This document shows, piece by piece, positions 39,564 through 49,958 of a stretch of DNA of 63,300 bases. The DNA is from Dehalococcoidia bacterium. GTDB lineage: Bacteria; Chloroflexota; Dehalococcoidia; GIF9; AB-539-J10. The position numbers and the translations under genes are program-made. The stretch covers positions 1-63,300 of the forward strand of contig DAOUZA010000001.1 of the NCBI GenBank assembly GCA_030665785.1. Direction: 5' to 3'. The notes under the pieces were generated by a model. That model saw only the letters and a list, made by a program, of their open reading frames with translations, did not search any database and was not told the origin of the DNA. Each line of letters opens with the position of its first letter. Within the stretch, counting starts at the first letter, position 1.

Positions 39564-42002
39564 ATGAAGTTTGTAAAGTGGTTTGAAGAAGTCGGTGCTG
39601 GCGATGTAGCTTTGGTAGGGGGCAAAAACGCGTCTCTTGGCGAGATGATAAGAAATCTAGGTAAAAACGAGGTGAACATTCCCTCTGGATTTGCTATTAC
39701 TGCTGAAGCGTATAGTTATGTGCTTGAAAAAGCAGGCGTAGTAGAAAAAATCAAAGACACTCTGGCGGACTTGGATACGCATGACATGGGAAATTTGTCG
39801 CGAAGGAGCGGAGAGGTAAGAAATCTAATAAAGAACGCACCTTGCCCTGAAGAACTGGAGGAGGAGATAAGGTTTGCTTACAGGGAGATGGAGCGAAGAT
39901 ACGGTAAGGATGTTGATGTTGCGGTGAGGAGCAGTGCTACTGCGGAGGACTTACCCACGGCTTCATTTGCTGGACAGCAGGAGACTTATTTGAATGTGCG
40001 GGGTGAGAAAGAATTAATAGGGAAGGTTATGGAATGCTTTGCATCTTTATTTACTGATAGAGCAACATCCTACCGGGTTGACAAGGGGTTTGATCACCTA
40101 AAGGTCTTTCTATCAGTTGGTGTGCAAAAGATGGTTCGCTCCGACTTAGCATGCTCTGGAGTTATATTTTCCATAGACACTGAATCAGGGTTCAAGGATG
40201 TGGTTTACATCACCGGTGCATATGGCTTGGGAGAGAATGTGGTGCAAGGGATTGTGAATCCAGACCAGTTTTATGTTTTCAAGCCTGCTTTAAAAAAGGG
40301 ATTCAGACCTATTGTGGAAAAGAAACTGGGGACAAAAGAAAAGAAATTGATTTACAAAGAAAACGGGATAGGAACGGAGCAAAAGGAAGTTGCCTTACAG
40401 GACCGAAGGGAATTTGCGTTGAGTGATGATGAAGTGCTCACTCTTGCTAGGTGGACTTGCATTATAGAAGAACATTACGACCTGCCGATGGATATTGAAT
40501 GGGCAAAGGATGGATTAACCGGTGAACTTTTCATCGTTCAAGCGAGACCGGAGACAGTGCATTCACAAAGAGATTTAGCTGTGCTCAAGACTTATGTGCT
40601 TGAGGAGGAAGGAAAGTTGCTACTTGAAGGGGAAGCCGTTGGTACGAAAATAGGGCAAGGTGAGGTAACCGTGATAGAAGACCCTCGTGAAATCTCTAAA
40701 TTCAAGAGCGGTCAAGTTCTGGTTACTGGCATGACTGATCCTGACTGGGAACCAATAATGAAAGTGGCTGGTGCCATAGTGACGGATAAAGGTGGAAGAA
40801 CATGTCACGCTGCCATAGTTAGCCGTGAACTTGGAGTACCTTGCGTGATTGGCACTGGTGATGGCTCTAAGGTCTTAAGAAATGGCAGCGAAGTTACGGT
40901 AGATTGTTCCAGGGGCGAAGGCAGGATATATGAAGGAGGGTTGAAATATCGGATTGATGAGGTGGCGTTATCTAATCTTCCGAGGCCTCGCACCCAGATA
41001 ATGGTGAATTTTGGCATTCCTGGGGGAGCGTTTATTCAAGGGCAAATTCCAAATGATGGTGTAGGATTAGCCAGGGAGGAGTTCATCATCAATTCCTATA
41101 TCGGCATACATCCAATGGCGCTGATAGAATACGATGAGCTGAAGAAGAAGGCAAATAAGGATGAAGGAATAGCGAAGGTCCTTAAAGAGATAGATAAGAG
41201 AAGCGTATCGTACCGGGATAAGACACAGTTCTTCGTTGACAATTTAGCGATGGGGATAGCAAAGATAGCGGCGGGGTTTTATCCTAATGATGTTATCGTT
41301 CGTTTTTCTGACTTCAAAACGAACGAGTATGCCAATTTAATCGGTGGGCATCTTTATGAACCAAAGGAAAGCAATCCGATGATAGGTTGGAGAGGTGCCT
41401 CTCGTTACTATGATGAAAAATTTAAACCTGCTTTTGGCTTAGAATGCAAGGCGATAAAAAAAGTAAGAGATGAGATGGGATTGACCAATGTCAAGGTGAT
41501 GGTGCCTTTTTGTAGAACGCCAGAAGAGGGGAGGAAAGTGATAAATGCAATGGAGGGATTCGGCCTAAAACAAGGGGAGAATGGATTAGAAGTATATGTG
41601 ATGTGTGAAATACCATCAAATGTGGTTTTAGCTGAGGAATTTGCAGATGTGTTTGATGGGTTCAGCATAGGGTCGAATGACCTAACCCAATTAACACTTG
41701 GGTTGGATAGAGATTCTGAATTTGTTTCTCACATATTTGATGAAAGAGATGAAGCAGTGAAAAGACTTGTTAAGAGTGTTATAGATGCCGCGCATAAACA
41801 CGAGCCAAGAAGAAAGATAGGGATATGTGGTCAAGCCCCTAGCGATTTCCCTGAATTTGCTGAGTTCTTGGTCGAGTGCGGGATAGATTCGATGTCTTTG
41901 AACCCAGATGTAGTGTTGAAAACAAGGTTAGATATAGCGGAGGTGGAGAAGAAAATGAAGGCCCAGGAGGTAGAGAGGGATGTGCATACCAGTGGAAGTT
42001 GA
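39564..42002 (+). CDS. ppsA: phosphoenolpyruvate synthase
   Basis: 812 aa. Phosphohistidine motif GGRTCHAAIVSRELGVP and PEP-utilising C-terminal IGICGQAPSD. Confidence 0.95.
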   Translation: MKFVKWFEEVGAGDVALVGGKNASLGEMIRNLGKNEVNIPSGFAITAEAYSYVLEKAGVVEKIKDTLADLDTHDMGNLSRRSGEVRNLIKNAPCPEELEEEIRFAYREMERRYGKDVDVAVRSSATAEDLPTASFAGQQETYLNVRGEKELIGKVMECFASLFTDRATSYRVDKGFDHLKVFLSVGVQKMVRSDLACSGVIFSIDTESGFKDVVYITGAYGLGENVVQGIVNPDQFYVFKPALKKGFRPIVEKKLGTKEKKLIYKENGIGTEQKEVALQDRREFALSDDEVLTLARWTCIIEEHYDLPMDIEWAKDGLTGELFIVQARPETVHSQRDLAVLKTYVLEEEGKLLLEGEAVGTKIGQGEVTVIEDPREISKFKSGQVLVTGMTDPDWEPIMKVAGAIVTDKGGRTCHAAIVSRELGVPCVIGTGDGSKVLRNGSEVTVDCSRGEGRIYEGGLKYRIDEVALSNLPRPRTQIMVNFGIPGGAFIQGQIPNDGVGLAREEFIINSYIGIHPMALIEYDELKKKANKDEGIAKVLKEIDKRSVSYRDKTQFFVDNLAMGIAKIAAGFYPNDVIVRFSDFKTNEYANLIGGHLYEPKESNPMIGWRGASRYYDEKFKPAFGLECKAIKKVRDEMGLTNVKVMVPFCRTPEEGRKVINAMEGFGLKQGENGLEVYVMCEIPSNVVLAEEFADVFDGFSIGSNDLTQLTLGLDRDSEFVSHIFDERDEAVKRLVKSVIDAAHKHEPRRKIGICGQAPSDFPEFAEFLVECGIDSMSLNPDVVLKTRLDIAEVEKKMKAQEVERDVHTSGS

Positions 42003-42046
42003 AAAATCAAAGTTCTACTTTAACCTGTTATGAACATTATACTTCA

Positions 42047-43084
42047 ATGGTCAATGAGTTTGGTATACGCCAGCAAACAGAGCGAAAAGAAGAGGCTTTT
42101 TCACCTTATGCTGCTAAAAGTAAATTTAGTCGCGGCAGAATAAGGTGGGAGGAACCATGTCCGATAAGGACTTGCTTTCAGCGTGATCGCGACCGCATCA
42201 TTCATTCTAAGGCCTTTCGGCGGCTTAAGCATAAGACGCAAGTGTTTATTGCTCCTCTAGGAGACCACTATGTAACCAGGCTTACTCATACCCTGGAAGT
42301 TTCTCAAATTGCTAGAACTATATCACGAGCTTTGAATTTAAACGAAGATTTAACCGAAGCTATCGCCCTGGGACATGATTTAGGGCATACCCCTTTCGGT
42401 CATATAGGTGAGCAGATTTTAAATGAGCTATGCTCTGAAGGTTTCAAGCACAATGAACAGAGCCTGCGAGTGGTTGATTTGCTGGAGAATGATGGGCATG
42501 GGCTCAATCTTTGTTGGGAGGTAAGAGATGGCATTCTTAACCATTCTAAAGGTCAGGTCGATATCTTGGGAGAAGGATGGGCAGATATTGGCACTATGGA
42601 GGGGCAAGTATGTAAGATAGCTGATGTGATAGCTTATATTAACCATGATGTTGATGATGCCATAAGGGCTGGCTTTATTACCCAAAACGATTTACCTAAG
42701 TCAGCGATAGCTATTTTAGGTGCTACACGTTCGCAGCGAATCAACGCCTTGGTTTGTGATATTGTAAGCTATTCCTGGGTGGTTAGTAGGAAGGATAAGG
42801 TGGGGGAAGCGAATATAGGTATGAATCCGAGTATGCTTCAGGCTAGCAATGAGTTGCGGCGATTTTTATTTGATAAAGTATATCGCCCTAGTCTAGAAAG
42901 CGAAGATGCTAAGAAGGCCAGGAGAGTAATGCAATTACTATATTCTTATTTTTTGAAACACGAGGATAAACTGCCTTGCGAATTTGCCTTATTAAGTGAT
43001 AGCAAAGAACGGAAAGTCGCTGATTATATTGCTGGGATGACTGACCAATATGCATCACGCCTAGCTGAGGAGATATCCCGATGA
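42047..43084 (+). CDS. dGTPase-like HD-domain triphosphohydrolase
   Basis: HD motif LGHDLGHTPFGH. The track ORF starts at 41876 inside ppsA. ATG 42047 (MVNEFG...) removes the overlap. Confidence 0.88.
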   Translation: MVNEFGIRQQTERKEEAFSPYAAKSKFSRGRIRWEEPCPIRTCFQRDRDRIIHSKAFRRLKHKTQVFIAPLGDHYVTRLTHTLEVSQIARTISRALNLNEDLTEAIALGHDLGHTPFGHIGEQILNELCSEGFKHNEQSLRVVDLLENDGHGLNLCWEVRDGILNHSKGQVDILGEGWADIGTMEGQVCKIADVIAYINHDVDDAIRAGFITQNDLPKSAIAILGATRSQRINALVCDIVSYSWVVSRKDKVGEANIGMNPSMLQASNELRRFLFDKVYRPSLESEDAKKARRVMQLLYSYFLKHEDKLPCEFALLSDSKERKVADYIAGMTDQYASRLAEEISR

Positions 43085-44928
43085 GCGTGATCGACGATGT
43101 AAAGCAAAGGGTAGACATTGTAGAGGTAGTGGCTGACTGCGTGCCTTTACAAAAAGCGGGGCGTAATTTTAAAGCATTATGTCCATTTCACAGTGAAAAA
43201 AACCCTTCTTTCTTCGTTTTCCCGGACCAGCAGACCTGGCATTGTTTTGGTGCTTGTAACACAGGGGGCGATGTTTTCTCATTTATTATGAAAAAGGAGG
43301 GGATTGACTTTGGTCAGGCTCTTCATCTTCTAGCTCAAAGGGCTGGCATAGTTTTAAGGGAAGCTACAGAAACAGAGAAAGCCAAAGATGAGGGAACAAA
43401 GAGATTATTTGAGCTCAATGAGCTTGCAAGCGAATATTATCATCACCTGTTACTAGATACCGCGGTAGGTGAGAAGGCCAGGAGTTATCTTGATAGCAGG
43501 AAAATCACTCTGGAGACTATTAAGAAATTCCGACTTGGTTTTAGCCCTGGTGATTGGGAGGCAATTAAAAAATTTTTGATTAATAAAGGTTACGAACAAA
43601 AAGACCTGTTTGATGTTGGTTTGATAATAGAGAAAGAAGATGGGGGTAGCTATGATAGGTTTCGCGAGCGGTTGATGTTTCCCATATGGGATATTAAGGG
43701 TCGCATTACTGGTTTCGGCGCCAGAGCACTGGATGACTCGCAACCTAAGTACATCAACTCACCGCAGACAGTGATTTTTGATAAGGGGAGCAATTTTTAT
43801 GGAATTGATAAAGCTAAGGACGTTATCAGAAAGGAAAATTTAGCCATAATCGTGGAAGGCTATATGGATGTCCTCGCGACTCATCAAAATGGTTGGCAGA
43901 ATGTGGTTGCCTCAATGGGGACTTCTTTAACCGAAAGGCAAGTGAATATCCTTAAAAGGTTAACCAAGAATATAAGTTTAGCCCTTGACGCCGACATAGC
44001 TGGTGAGGAAGCTACCTTACGGAGCGGGGAGATATTAGCTCGTTCTCTGGATAGAAAAGCGATTCCGGTGCCGTTATGGACTGGATTGGTTAGATGTGAG
44101 GGTATTCTTGATGCTGAAATAAAGGTCATTCCTTTGCCTTCAGGTAAAGACCCTGATGAAGTAATAATTGAAACCCCGAAGCTTTGGCAAAGTATGGTAA
44201 CTCAAGCTTTGCCCATATTGGAATTTGCTCTTGAAGTGGTGATAAACAAAGTCGATTTCAATAAAGCTGAAGACAAATCGCTGGCAATACAGAAGCTATT
44301 GCCTTTGCTTTATGAAGTAAAGGACCCTATAAGGCAAGCTCAATATGTGCAGAAGATGGCGCATCTGTTGAAATTGGATGAATCCACCTTGATGGCAGTA
44401 TTAAGGAAAATGCGTGCCACTAAAGGCAAGCAGTTGATTGAAGTAAATCACTCGCATCTTTTCCGTCGACTCGCATCAAGTCCGATTGAGGAAATTTGTT
44501 TAGCATTATTGTTTCAATATCCTGAATATCGTGATGTAGTTCAGGAATTAGAGCCGGAGTTTTTTGTATACACTGAAAATCGCGAACTGTTTAGTAAATG
44601 GCAACAGTCTCAAAGCATTTCTGAGCTCAAAGAGAAGCTTGACACGAACCTATTAGAACATTTAAACTATTTATTGAATAAGACTTTTCCGCCTGAGAGT
44701 CAAAAAGGTAGTAGACAGCGTGAACTGGCTGATTGCGTCCTCCGTTTACAGGAGAGGCATTCCAGAAGTTTAGAAGCTAAGAAGGAAGTAATACTTAATC
44801 TTGAGAGAGAGACAGAAGGCATTGATGCTGAGCTTGCTAAATTAGAGGAGCAAGGGATAGCTTCCAGTCAAAGAATCAGGGAAATTTTCATCAAACAGTC
44901 GAGAGCAGGAAAAACAGGGGGAAGTTAA
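43081..44928 (+). CDS. dnaG: DNA primase
   Basis: 615 aa. Zn finger CPFHSEKNPSF...CFGC and Toprim EGYMDV. ATGA overlap with the upstream stop. Confidence 0.95.
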   Translation: MSVIDDVKQRVDIVEVVADCVPLQKAGRNFKALCPFHSEKNPSFFVFPDQQTWHCFGACNTGGDVFSFIMKKEGIDFGQALHLLAQRAGIVLREATETEKAKDEGTKRLFELNELASEYYHHLLLDTAVGEKARSYLDSRKITLETIKKFRLGFSPGDWEAIKKFLINKGYEQKDLFDVGLIIEKEDGGSYDRFRERLMFPIWDIKGRITGFGARALDDSQPKYINSPQTVIFDKGSNFYGIDKAKDVIRKENLAIIVEGYMDVLATHQNGWQNVVASMGTSLTERQVNILKRLTKNISLALDADIAGEEATLRSGEILARSLDRKAIPVPLWTGLVRCEGILDAEIKVIPLPSGKDPDEVIIETPKLWQSMVTQALPILEFALEVVINKVDFNKAEDKSLAIQKLLPLLYEVKDPIRQAQYVQKMAHLLKLDESTLMAVLRKMRATKGKQLIEVNHSHLFRRLASSPIEEICLALLFQYPEYRDVVQELEPEFFVYTENRELFSKWQQSQSISELKEKLDTNLLEHLNYLLNKTFPPESQKGSRQRELADCVLRLQERHSRSLEAKKEVILNLERETEGIDAELAKLEEQGIASSQRIREIFIKQSRAGKTGGS

Positions 44929-44931
44929 TTG

Positions 44932-46365
44932 ATGGATTCAGCTAAGGGCAAAATGACTAATGAGGATGAGGGAGTTGAGGAGGAGGAGGAGGCAGCTGCT
45001 GGTGAAGAAGAAGCTGAAGAGGATGCTGTTACAGTAATCCCTGAAGGGGTTAAACCAGAACCAGGGATAGGTTTAGAAGAGCATGAAATAATTGATGATT
45101 CAACTCGCATGTATCTTCATGAAATTGGTAGGGTAAAACTACTAAAAGCTGTTGAGGAAAAAGGGCTAGCAAGCTTGATAGAGCGAGGTAGGTATTTAGT
45201 TAAATTTGAAGATACTTATTTTAATAAATATGGACGGTATCCCTCGGAGGTTGATACGGTACTTTACTTGCTCTCTCGGTTATCCCGAGCTTACCCCATT
45301 GTCAAGGTCGTTGGAAAGCATGTAGGCCTTGATTATTCAGGTAGCGTGATAAAAACGATAACCGACCCTAAATTCCGTGCTGCCATTGATAATGAAATTG
45401 ACGTGGAGTTAGCTGAGGCGGTTGCTCAAGAGACAGGTAAGAGAGCTTCAGCAGTAGAAACCATAGTGGAGCTTTCCTTAAGCAGTTCTCTTTTACCACC
45501 ACAATCGCTGTCTGTCATCGGGAAGAAAGCTACTCTTAGAGGGATAAAAGCTTTGCTGGCCAATGAGGAGTTCATCTCCCGTCTCAAGCCTTATGCTGGT
45601 CAGTTCAGGGCTTACTTTGACAGGGTAAGGAAAGAAGCTGGGCGGGCGGAGAAACACCTTACTGAAGCTAATCTGAGATTAGTGGTCAGCATTGCCAAGA
45701 AATATATTGGACACGGTATGTCCTTTCTTGACCTCATTCAGGAAGGGAACATTGGCCTTATGCGGGCTGTAGATAAGTTCCAATATAGAAAAGGTTACAA
45801 GTTTAGCACCTATGCTACTTGGTGGATCAGGCAAGGAATAACTAGAGCTATAGCTGACCAATCCCGCACCATCCGCATCCCGGTACACATGGTAGAGACA
45901 ATCAATAAGCTATTGCGAACGACTCGGCAGCTAACGCAAGAATACGGGCATGAACCAAGCTATGAAGAAATTGCTAGTTCTCTAAATTTAACCCCTGAGA
46001 GGGTAGAGGAAATTATGGATTTGTTTCATCATGAGCCTGTATCTTTGGAGACACCTGTAGGCGAGGATGAAGATAGTCGGCTTGGCGATTTTGTTGAAGA
46101 CCGAGCTAGCCCAGCACCAACTGAGGTAGCTTCACAACAGCTACTGAAAGAGCAAATAGACAGGGTACTTGATGAGCTCAGTGAACGAGAGAAAAGGGTA
46201 ATACAGCTTAGATTTGGGCTTAAGGATGGGCATCCTCGAACATTGGAGGAGGTGGGCAAAGACTTTAGTGTAACTCGGGAGAGAATTCGCCAAATCGAAG
46301 CTAAAGCTTTGCGCAAGCTACGCCATCCTCAATATAGCAGAAAGCTTAGGGATTATCTGGAGTGA
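44932..46365 (+). CDS. rpoD: primary RNA polymerase sigma factor
   Basis: Acidic N-terminus, region 2.4 [16 protein letters not shown] and region 4.2 [31 protein letters not shown] 44932 is preferred over TTG 44929. Confidence 0.95.
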   Translation: MDSAKGKMTNEDEGVEEEEEAAAGEEEAEEDAVTVIPEGVKPEPGIGLEEHEIIDDSTRMYLHEIGRVKLLKAVEEKGLASLIERGRYLVKFEDTYFNKYGRYPSEVDTVLYLLSRLSRAYPIVKVVGKHVGLDYSGSVIKTITDPKFRAAIDNEIDVELAEAVAQETGKRASAVETIVELSLSSSLLPPQSLSVIGKKATLRGIKALLANEEFISRLKPYAGQFRAYFDRVRKEAGRAEKHLTEANLRLVVSIAKKYIGHGMSFLDLIQEGNIGLMRAVDKFQYRKGYKFSTYATWWIRQGITRAIADQSRTIRIPVHMVETINKLLRTTRQLTQEYGHEPSYEEIASSLNLTPERVEEIMDLFHHEPVSLETPVGEDEDSRLGDFVEDRASPAPTEVASQQLLKEQIDRVLDELSEREKRVIQLRFGLKDGHPRTLEEVGKDFSVTRERIRQIEAKALRKLRHPQYSRKLRDYLE

Positions 46366-46367
46366 GC

Positions 46368-47708
46368 TTACTTGAAGGGAATACCAAACATACTGGGCAT
46401 ATTCTTGGATGGTCTTCCCCGCATTAGCGATTTGGTCAGTTTTTGCATCTGGTAGAATTGGTTAAGCACCTGGTTAATATCTTGAGGTGTAGTACCACTT
46501 CCCTGAGCGATTCGACGTCTTCGACTGCCGTTGATGATGCGTGGATTGTGCCGTTCCTCAGTAGTCATAGAGAGAATGATCGCCTCTATCTTTGTTAAGC
46601 GTTTTTCTCCTTCATCCTCGGGCATGTAAGAAGCCAATTTGGGAAAGCCTGGCAACATCTCAATTAAGCTTGTTAAGGGTCCTATCTTGTGGATTTGGTG
46701 CAACTGCTCAAGAAGGTCGTTAAGGTCAAAACTAGTGGTGCGCATTTTTCTTTCCAGTTCCTTGGCTTGTTGCTGGCTATAGGTTCTTTCAGCGTGTTCA
46801 ATGAAGCTGAGTACATCTCCCATGCCCAATACACGGGAGGCAAAACGGTCAGGATAAAAAGGCTCGAGGGCGGTTATTTTCTCCCCAGTGCCGAGAAATT
46901 TTATGGGCACCCCGGTGACAAACCTGATGGAGAGAGCTGCCCCGCCTCTGGCATCACCATCCAGCTTTGTTAAGATGAGCCCGGTGAGCCCGATTCGGCT
47001 ATGGAATTCCTGGGCTACTTCTACAGCCTCTTGTCCAGTCATGGCATCTACCGTAAGTAATACTTCTAATGGCTGTAGCTTGGATTTAATGTCAGCTAAT
47101 TCTTGCATCATAGCTTCATCAATTTGTAGTCGTCCCTGGGTATCAATAATCACCCAGTTTGTGGCTGTTTGTTCAACTTGCTTTAAGGCGTTGCAGCAAA
47201 TGGTTATTGATAATGCATTGGCATCTTCACTATACACCGGGATATTTTGTTGTTTGCCTAATAGTTTTATTTGTTCAATGGCAGCCGGTCGGCGGGTATC
47301 ACCGGCTACCAGTAACGGGTGTTGCCCCAAATTTTTGAGGTGAAGGGCTAACTTAGCTGCTGTGGTGGTTTTGCCAGAGCCTTGTAATCCAACAAGCAAA
47401 GCAATTGCTGGAGGGTGAGTAATGGGAGCAAGCTTGCTTGGTTCATGTCCCAAGATGGTAATTAGTTCTTCGTAGACGATTTTAATAACTTGCTGGGCTG
47501 GCGTCAGACTTTGTGACACCTCTGTGCTGACAGCACGTTCTCTTACCCTGGATAGGAGCTCCTTTACTACCTTAAAATTTACATCGGCTTCCAGAAGGGA
47601 TAATCGCACTTCTCGTAAAGCAGTATCGATATCCTTCTCGCTAAGCTTGCCTTTGCCGCCAAGTTCGTGAAATATTTTGGTTAACTTCTGAGTTAAAACC
47701 TCTAACAT
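46368..47708 (-). CDS. ffh: signal recognition particle protein
   Basis: 446 aa. GLQGSGKTTTAAKLA, DTRRPAA and a Met-rich M domain. Confidence 0.96.
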   Translation of the reverse strand: MLEVLTQKLTKIFHELGGKGKLSEKDIDTALREVRLSLLEADVNFKVVKELLSRVRERAVSTEVSQSLTPAQQVIKIVYEELITILGHEPSKLAPITHPPAIALLVGLQGSGKTTTAAKLALHLKNLGQHPLLVAGDTRRPAAIEQIKLLGKQQNIPVYSEDANALSITICCNALKQVEQTATNWVIIDTQGRLQIDEAMMQELADIKSKLQPLEVLLTVDAMTGQEAVEVAQEFHSRIGLTGLILTKLDGDARGGAALSIRFVTGVPIKFLGTGEKITALEPFYPDRFASRVLGMGDVLSFIEHAERTYSQQQAKELERKMRTTSFDLNDLLEQLHQIHKIGPLTSLIEMLPGFPKLASYMPEDEGEKRLTKIEAIILSMTTEERHNPRIINGSRRRRIAQGSGTTPQDINQVLNQFYQMQKLTKSLMRGRPSKNMPSMFGIPFK

Positions 47709-47717
47709 TGCTTTATA

Positions 47718-48785
47718 TCAGATTTTCCATACGATTTTTAATAGAGAGAGTAAGTCTATGTCCTCCAGGGTGTTGACTACTGCGCTGGCTTCAATCATGT
47801 CCTGTTGGGGATGGCTGTGGCTCACCGCTAGACATTTCATACCAGCAGCTTTAGCTGCGTTAACACCGAGGGGAGAATCTTCGATTACAAGGCAATTCCC
47901 GGGATTAATTTGCAATCTTTTGGCGGCTAAAGAGTATATTTCAGGGCTGGGTTTGCTTTCCGCTACTTCGTGACCTGAGACCACACAATCGAAATGTTCC
48001 TCCATATGAAGCTCGCTACTGATTAAATCTATATTTTCCTTCGGTGCGGAGGAAACCAAAGCCATCTTTAAATTTCCCTGCATCATGTCTAATAGCCTGG
48101 ATACGCCAGGTAATAGCTTAGCCTTCCCTTTTATAGTATTACGGAATTCCAGCTCCTTTTCCTGCGTTATGGTCTTGATATCTTCCTCGGGGATATTTTG
48201 CCCTAAAACACTGCGGACTATAAAGTCGTTTCTGGAGCCAAAAAGCTTGGTGAAATCCTCATCAGTGAACTTTACTCCCCTTCTGGAAAAGACCTCTTGC
48301 CAGGCAGCAAAATGGAAAGAGGCAGAATCAACCAGCACGCCGTCCATATCCCAGATAATCGCTATTCTTGTTTTCCCGACTATGTAAAACAGGGAGGTGT
48401 TTTCAGCTATAATTGTGCCGTCTTTAAGAGTCAGCACTGCTTTTGTTTTGGCTGCCCTATGTGTTTTTCGGGTAAGTTGAGCGGTAATCTGGATTGGCTC
48501 ACCAATGGGTGCTGGGTGTCTAAATTTCACCTCGCTCGTGCCAGTGACACAATCAAGCCCGTAGCAGAGTATAGCGTAAGCATTCGCCTCATCGAGAATG
48601 GTGTAGAGAATGCCACCGTGGACAAAGCCTGCCCATCCTTCATAAAACTGCTGTGGTGTGAATTCGCTTTTGACCTTCTCACCATCATAGGTAAATTTTA
48701 GTTTTAATCCTATAGGGTTATTTTGACCGCAAGCGAAGCAGAACCCTGATGCGTATTCTACTTCTTTAAGGCTTCGTTTTCGCAT
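47718..48785 (-). CDS. fusion protein: PaaI/hotdog-type thioesterase domain plus HAD-IA phosphatase/beta-PGM-like domain
   Basis: 355 aa. The N-terminal ~140 aa carry CFACG...GFVHGGI (hotdog). The C-terminal part carries DMDGVLVDS (the DxDG HAD motif I) ... VIEDSPLG. Confidence 0.75.
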   Translation of the reverse strand: MRKRSLKEVEYASGFCFACGQNNPIGLKLKFTYDGEKVKSEFTPQQFYEGWAGFVHGGILYTILDEANAYAILCYGLDCVTGTSEVKFRHPAPIGEPIQITAQLTRKTHRAAKTKAVLTLKDGTIIAENTSLFYIVGKTRIAIIWDMDGVLVDSASFHFAAWQEVFSRRGVKFTDEDFTKLFGSRNDFIVRSVLGQNIPEEDIKTITQEKELEFRNTIKGKAKLLPGVSRLLDMMQGNLKMALVSSAPKENIDLISSELHMEEHFDCVVSGHEVAESKPSPEIYSLAAKRLQINPGNCLVIEDSPLGVNAAKAAGMKCLAVSHSHPQQDMIEASAVVNTLEDIDLLSLLKIVWKI

Positions 48786-49473
48786 TATTTTTTCTCCTTT
48801 CTTTGGGCTTTGTTATCTGAGGAGGGCGAAGATACAGTGGCTGAAGTGTTGCCAGGCTGTCTCGTTCTCCCTGAGTAAGCCTTTGCCAACCTAAAGCAGC
48901 AAGGGAGATAGCTCGGGGCAATCTGGCAACGTTTTGCGGTATTATAGCCCATTTACCTAAATTTTGGCGTATTTCGCTTGACATATCATTGGAGAGTTCG
49001 CCGCAGAAGAGTGTTTCTTGGCTAACTTGGGTGCATAGAGTCTGGAGTGTGGTTAAGTGTTCTTTTTCCACCCGATGCCAATGGTCATTTTCCCGTTGGT
49101 AAAGAGCGGAAGCGATTTCTCGGCGGCTTACTTTAAGGATAGGACATATAGGGAGTTCGCTGTATCTGAACGGGTAAGCTTCGGCCTCTAATGTGCTTAC
49201 GCCAAGCAAAGGAATGTTCAAGGAAAGAGCTATTCCTTTTGCAGCGCTTATTCCCACTCTCAGTCCATTAAAGCTTCCCGGACCTTTAGCCACGATAATC
49301 GTTTCGATAAACCTTGGTTGTAATTTAGCTTGTTTAAGAAGATAGGCTAGATTGGGCGTCAATTCCACAGTGTGGTTATAGGTTGATTGCCAGGTTAGCT
49401 CAGATATAAGCTCTCCTTTATGGGACAAGGCAATACTGGCAATATTGGAAGAAGTATCTATGGTCAGTTCCAT
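48766..49473 (-). CDS. tsaB: tRNA t6A biosynthesis protein TsaB
   Basis: 235 aa. N-terminal IDTSSN...GPGSFNGLRVG. tsaE-tsaB gene order. Confidence 0.85.
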   Translation of the reverse strand: MELTIDTSSNIASIALSHKGELISELTWQSTYNHTVELTPNLAYLLKQAKLQPRFIETIIVAKGPGSFNGLRVGISAAKGIALSLNIPLLGVSTLEAEAYPFRYSELPICPILKVSRREIASALYQRENDHWHRVEKEHLTTLQTLCTQVSQETLFCGELSNDMSSEIRQNLGKWAIIPQNVARLPRAISLAALGWQRLTQGERDSLATLQPLYLRPPQITKPKERRKNNAKTKP

Positions 49474-49958
49474 GATTTTTCCCGCTTCAATCTCAGTTCA
49501 AGCTTTTCCAACAATTCTAAGTATCGCTTGCCTTCAGATTCAAAATAAATGGAGCGTTCTGTCTCGGAATCGGGAATGTAATTTAGCGTTATAGTTAAAT
49601 TCTCTTCTGGTAGTGCTGAAGTTCCTTTCTCTGCCCATTCTATTGCACAAACTCCGTTGCCATAGAGATATTCCTCAAGTCCCAGGTCGCTGATTTCCTC
49701 GATATGCTTGATGCGGTAAAAGTCAATATGGAATAAGGGGAGATTACCGTGGTATTCCCTGATTATTACGAAGGAGGGGCTGAAGGCATATTCCTTGATT
49801 CCCAGCCCTCTGGCAATGCCCTGAACAAGGCAGGTCTTGCCAGTTCCCAGCTCACCGATGAGGAGGAAGATATCGCCTTGTTGAGCTAGTTCGCCAAGGT
49901 GGCTTCCTAAAAGCTGGGTTTGCTCTGGACTATGCGACCTTAGTTTTAGGGACTTCAT
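49464..49958 (-). CDS. tsaE: tRNA t6A biosynthesis ATPase TsaE
   Basis: 164 aa. P-loop GELGTGKT and HIDFYR. Confidence 0.88.
   Translation of the reverse strand: MKSLKLRSHSPEQTQLLGSHLGELAQQGDIFLLIGELGTGKTCLVQGIARGLGIKEYAFSPSFVIIREYHGNLPLFHIDFYRIKHIEEISDLGLEEYLYGNGVCAIEWAEKGTSALPEENLTITLNYIPDSETERSIYFESEGKRYLELLEKLELRLKREKSWN

Noticed and set aside
41876-42046. 57-codon N-terminal extension of the dGTPase-like ORF overlapping ppsA by 127 nt
   Set aside because: The extension is non-conserved, Gly/Glu-rich and lies inside the ppsA coding sequence. The ATG at 42047 gives a normal N-terminus.
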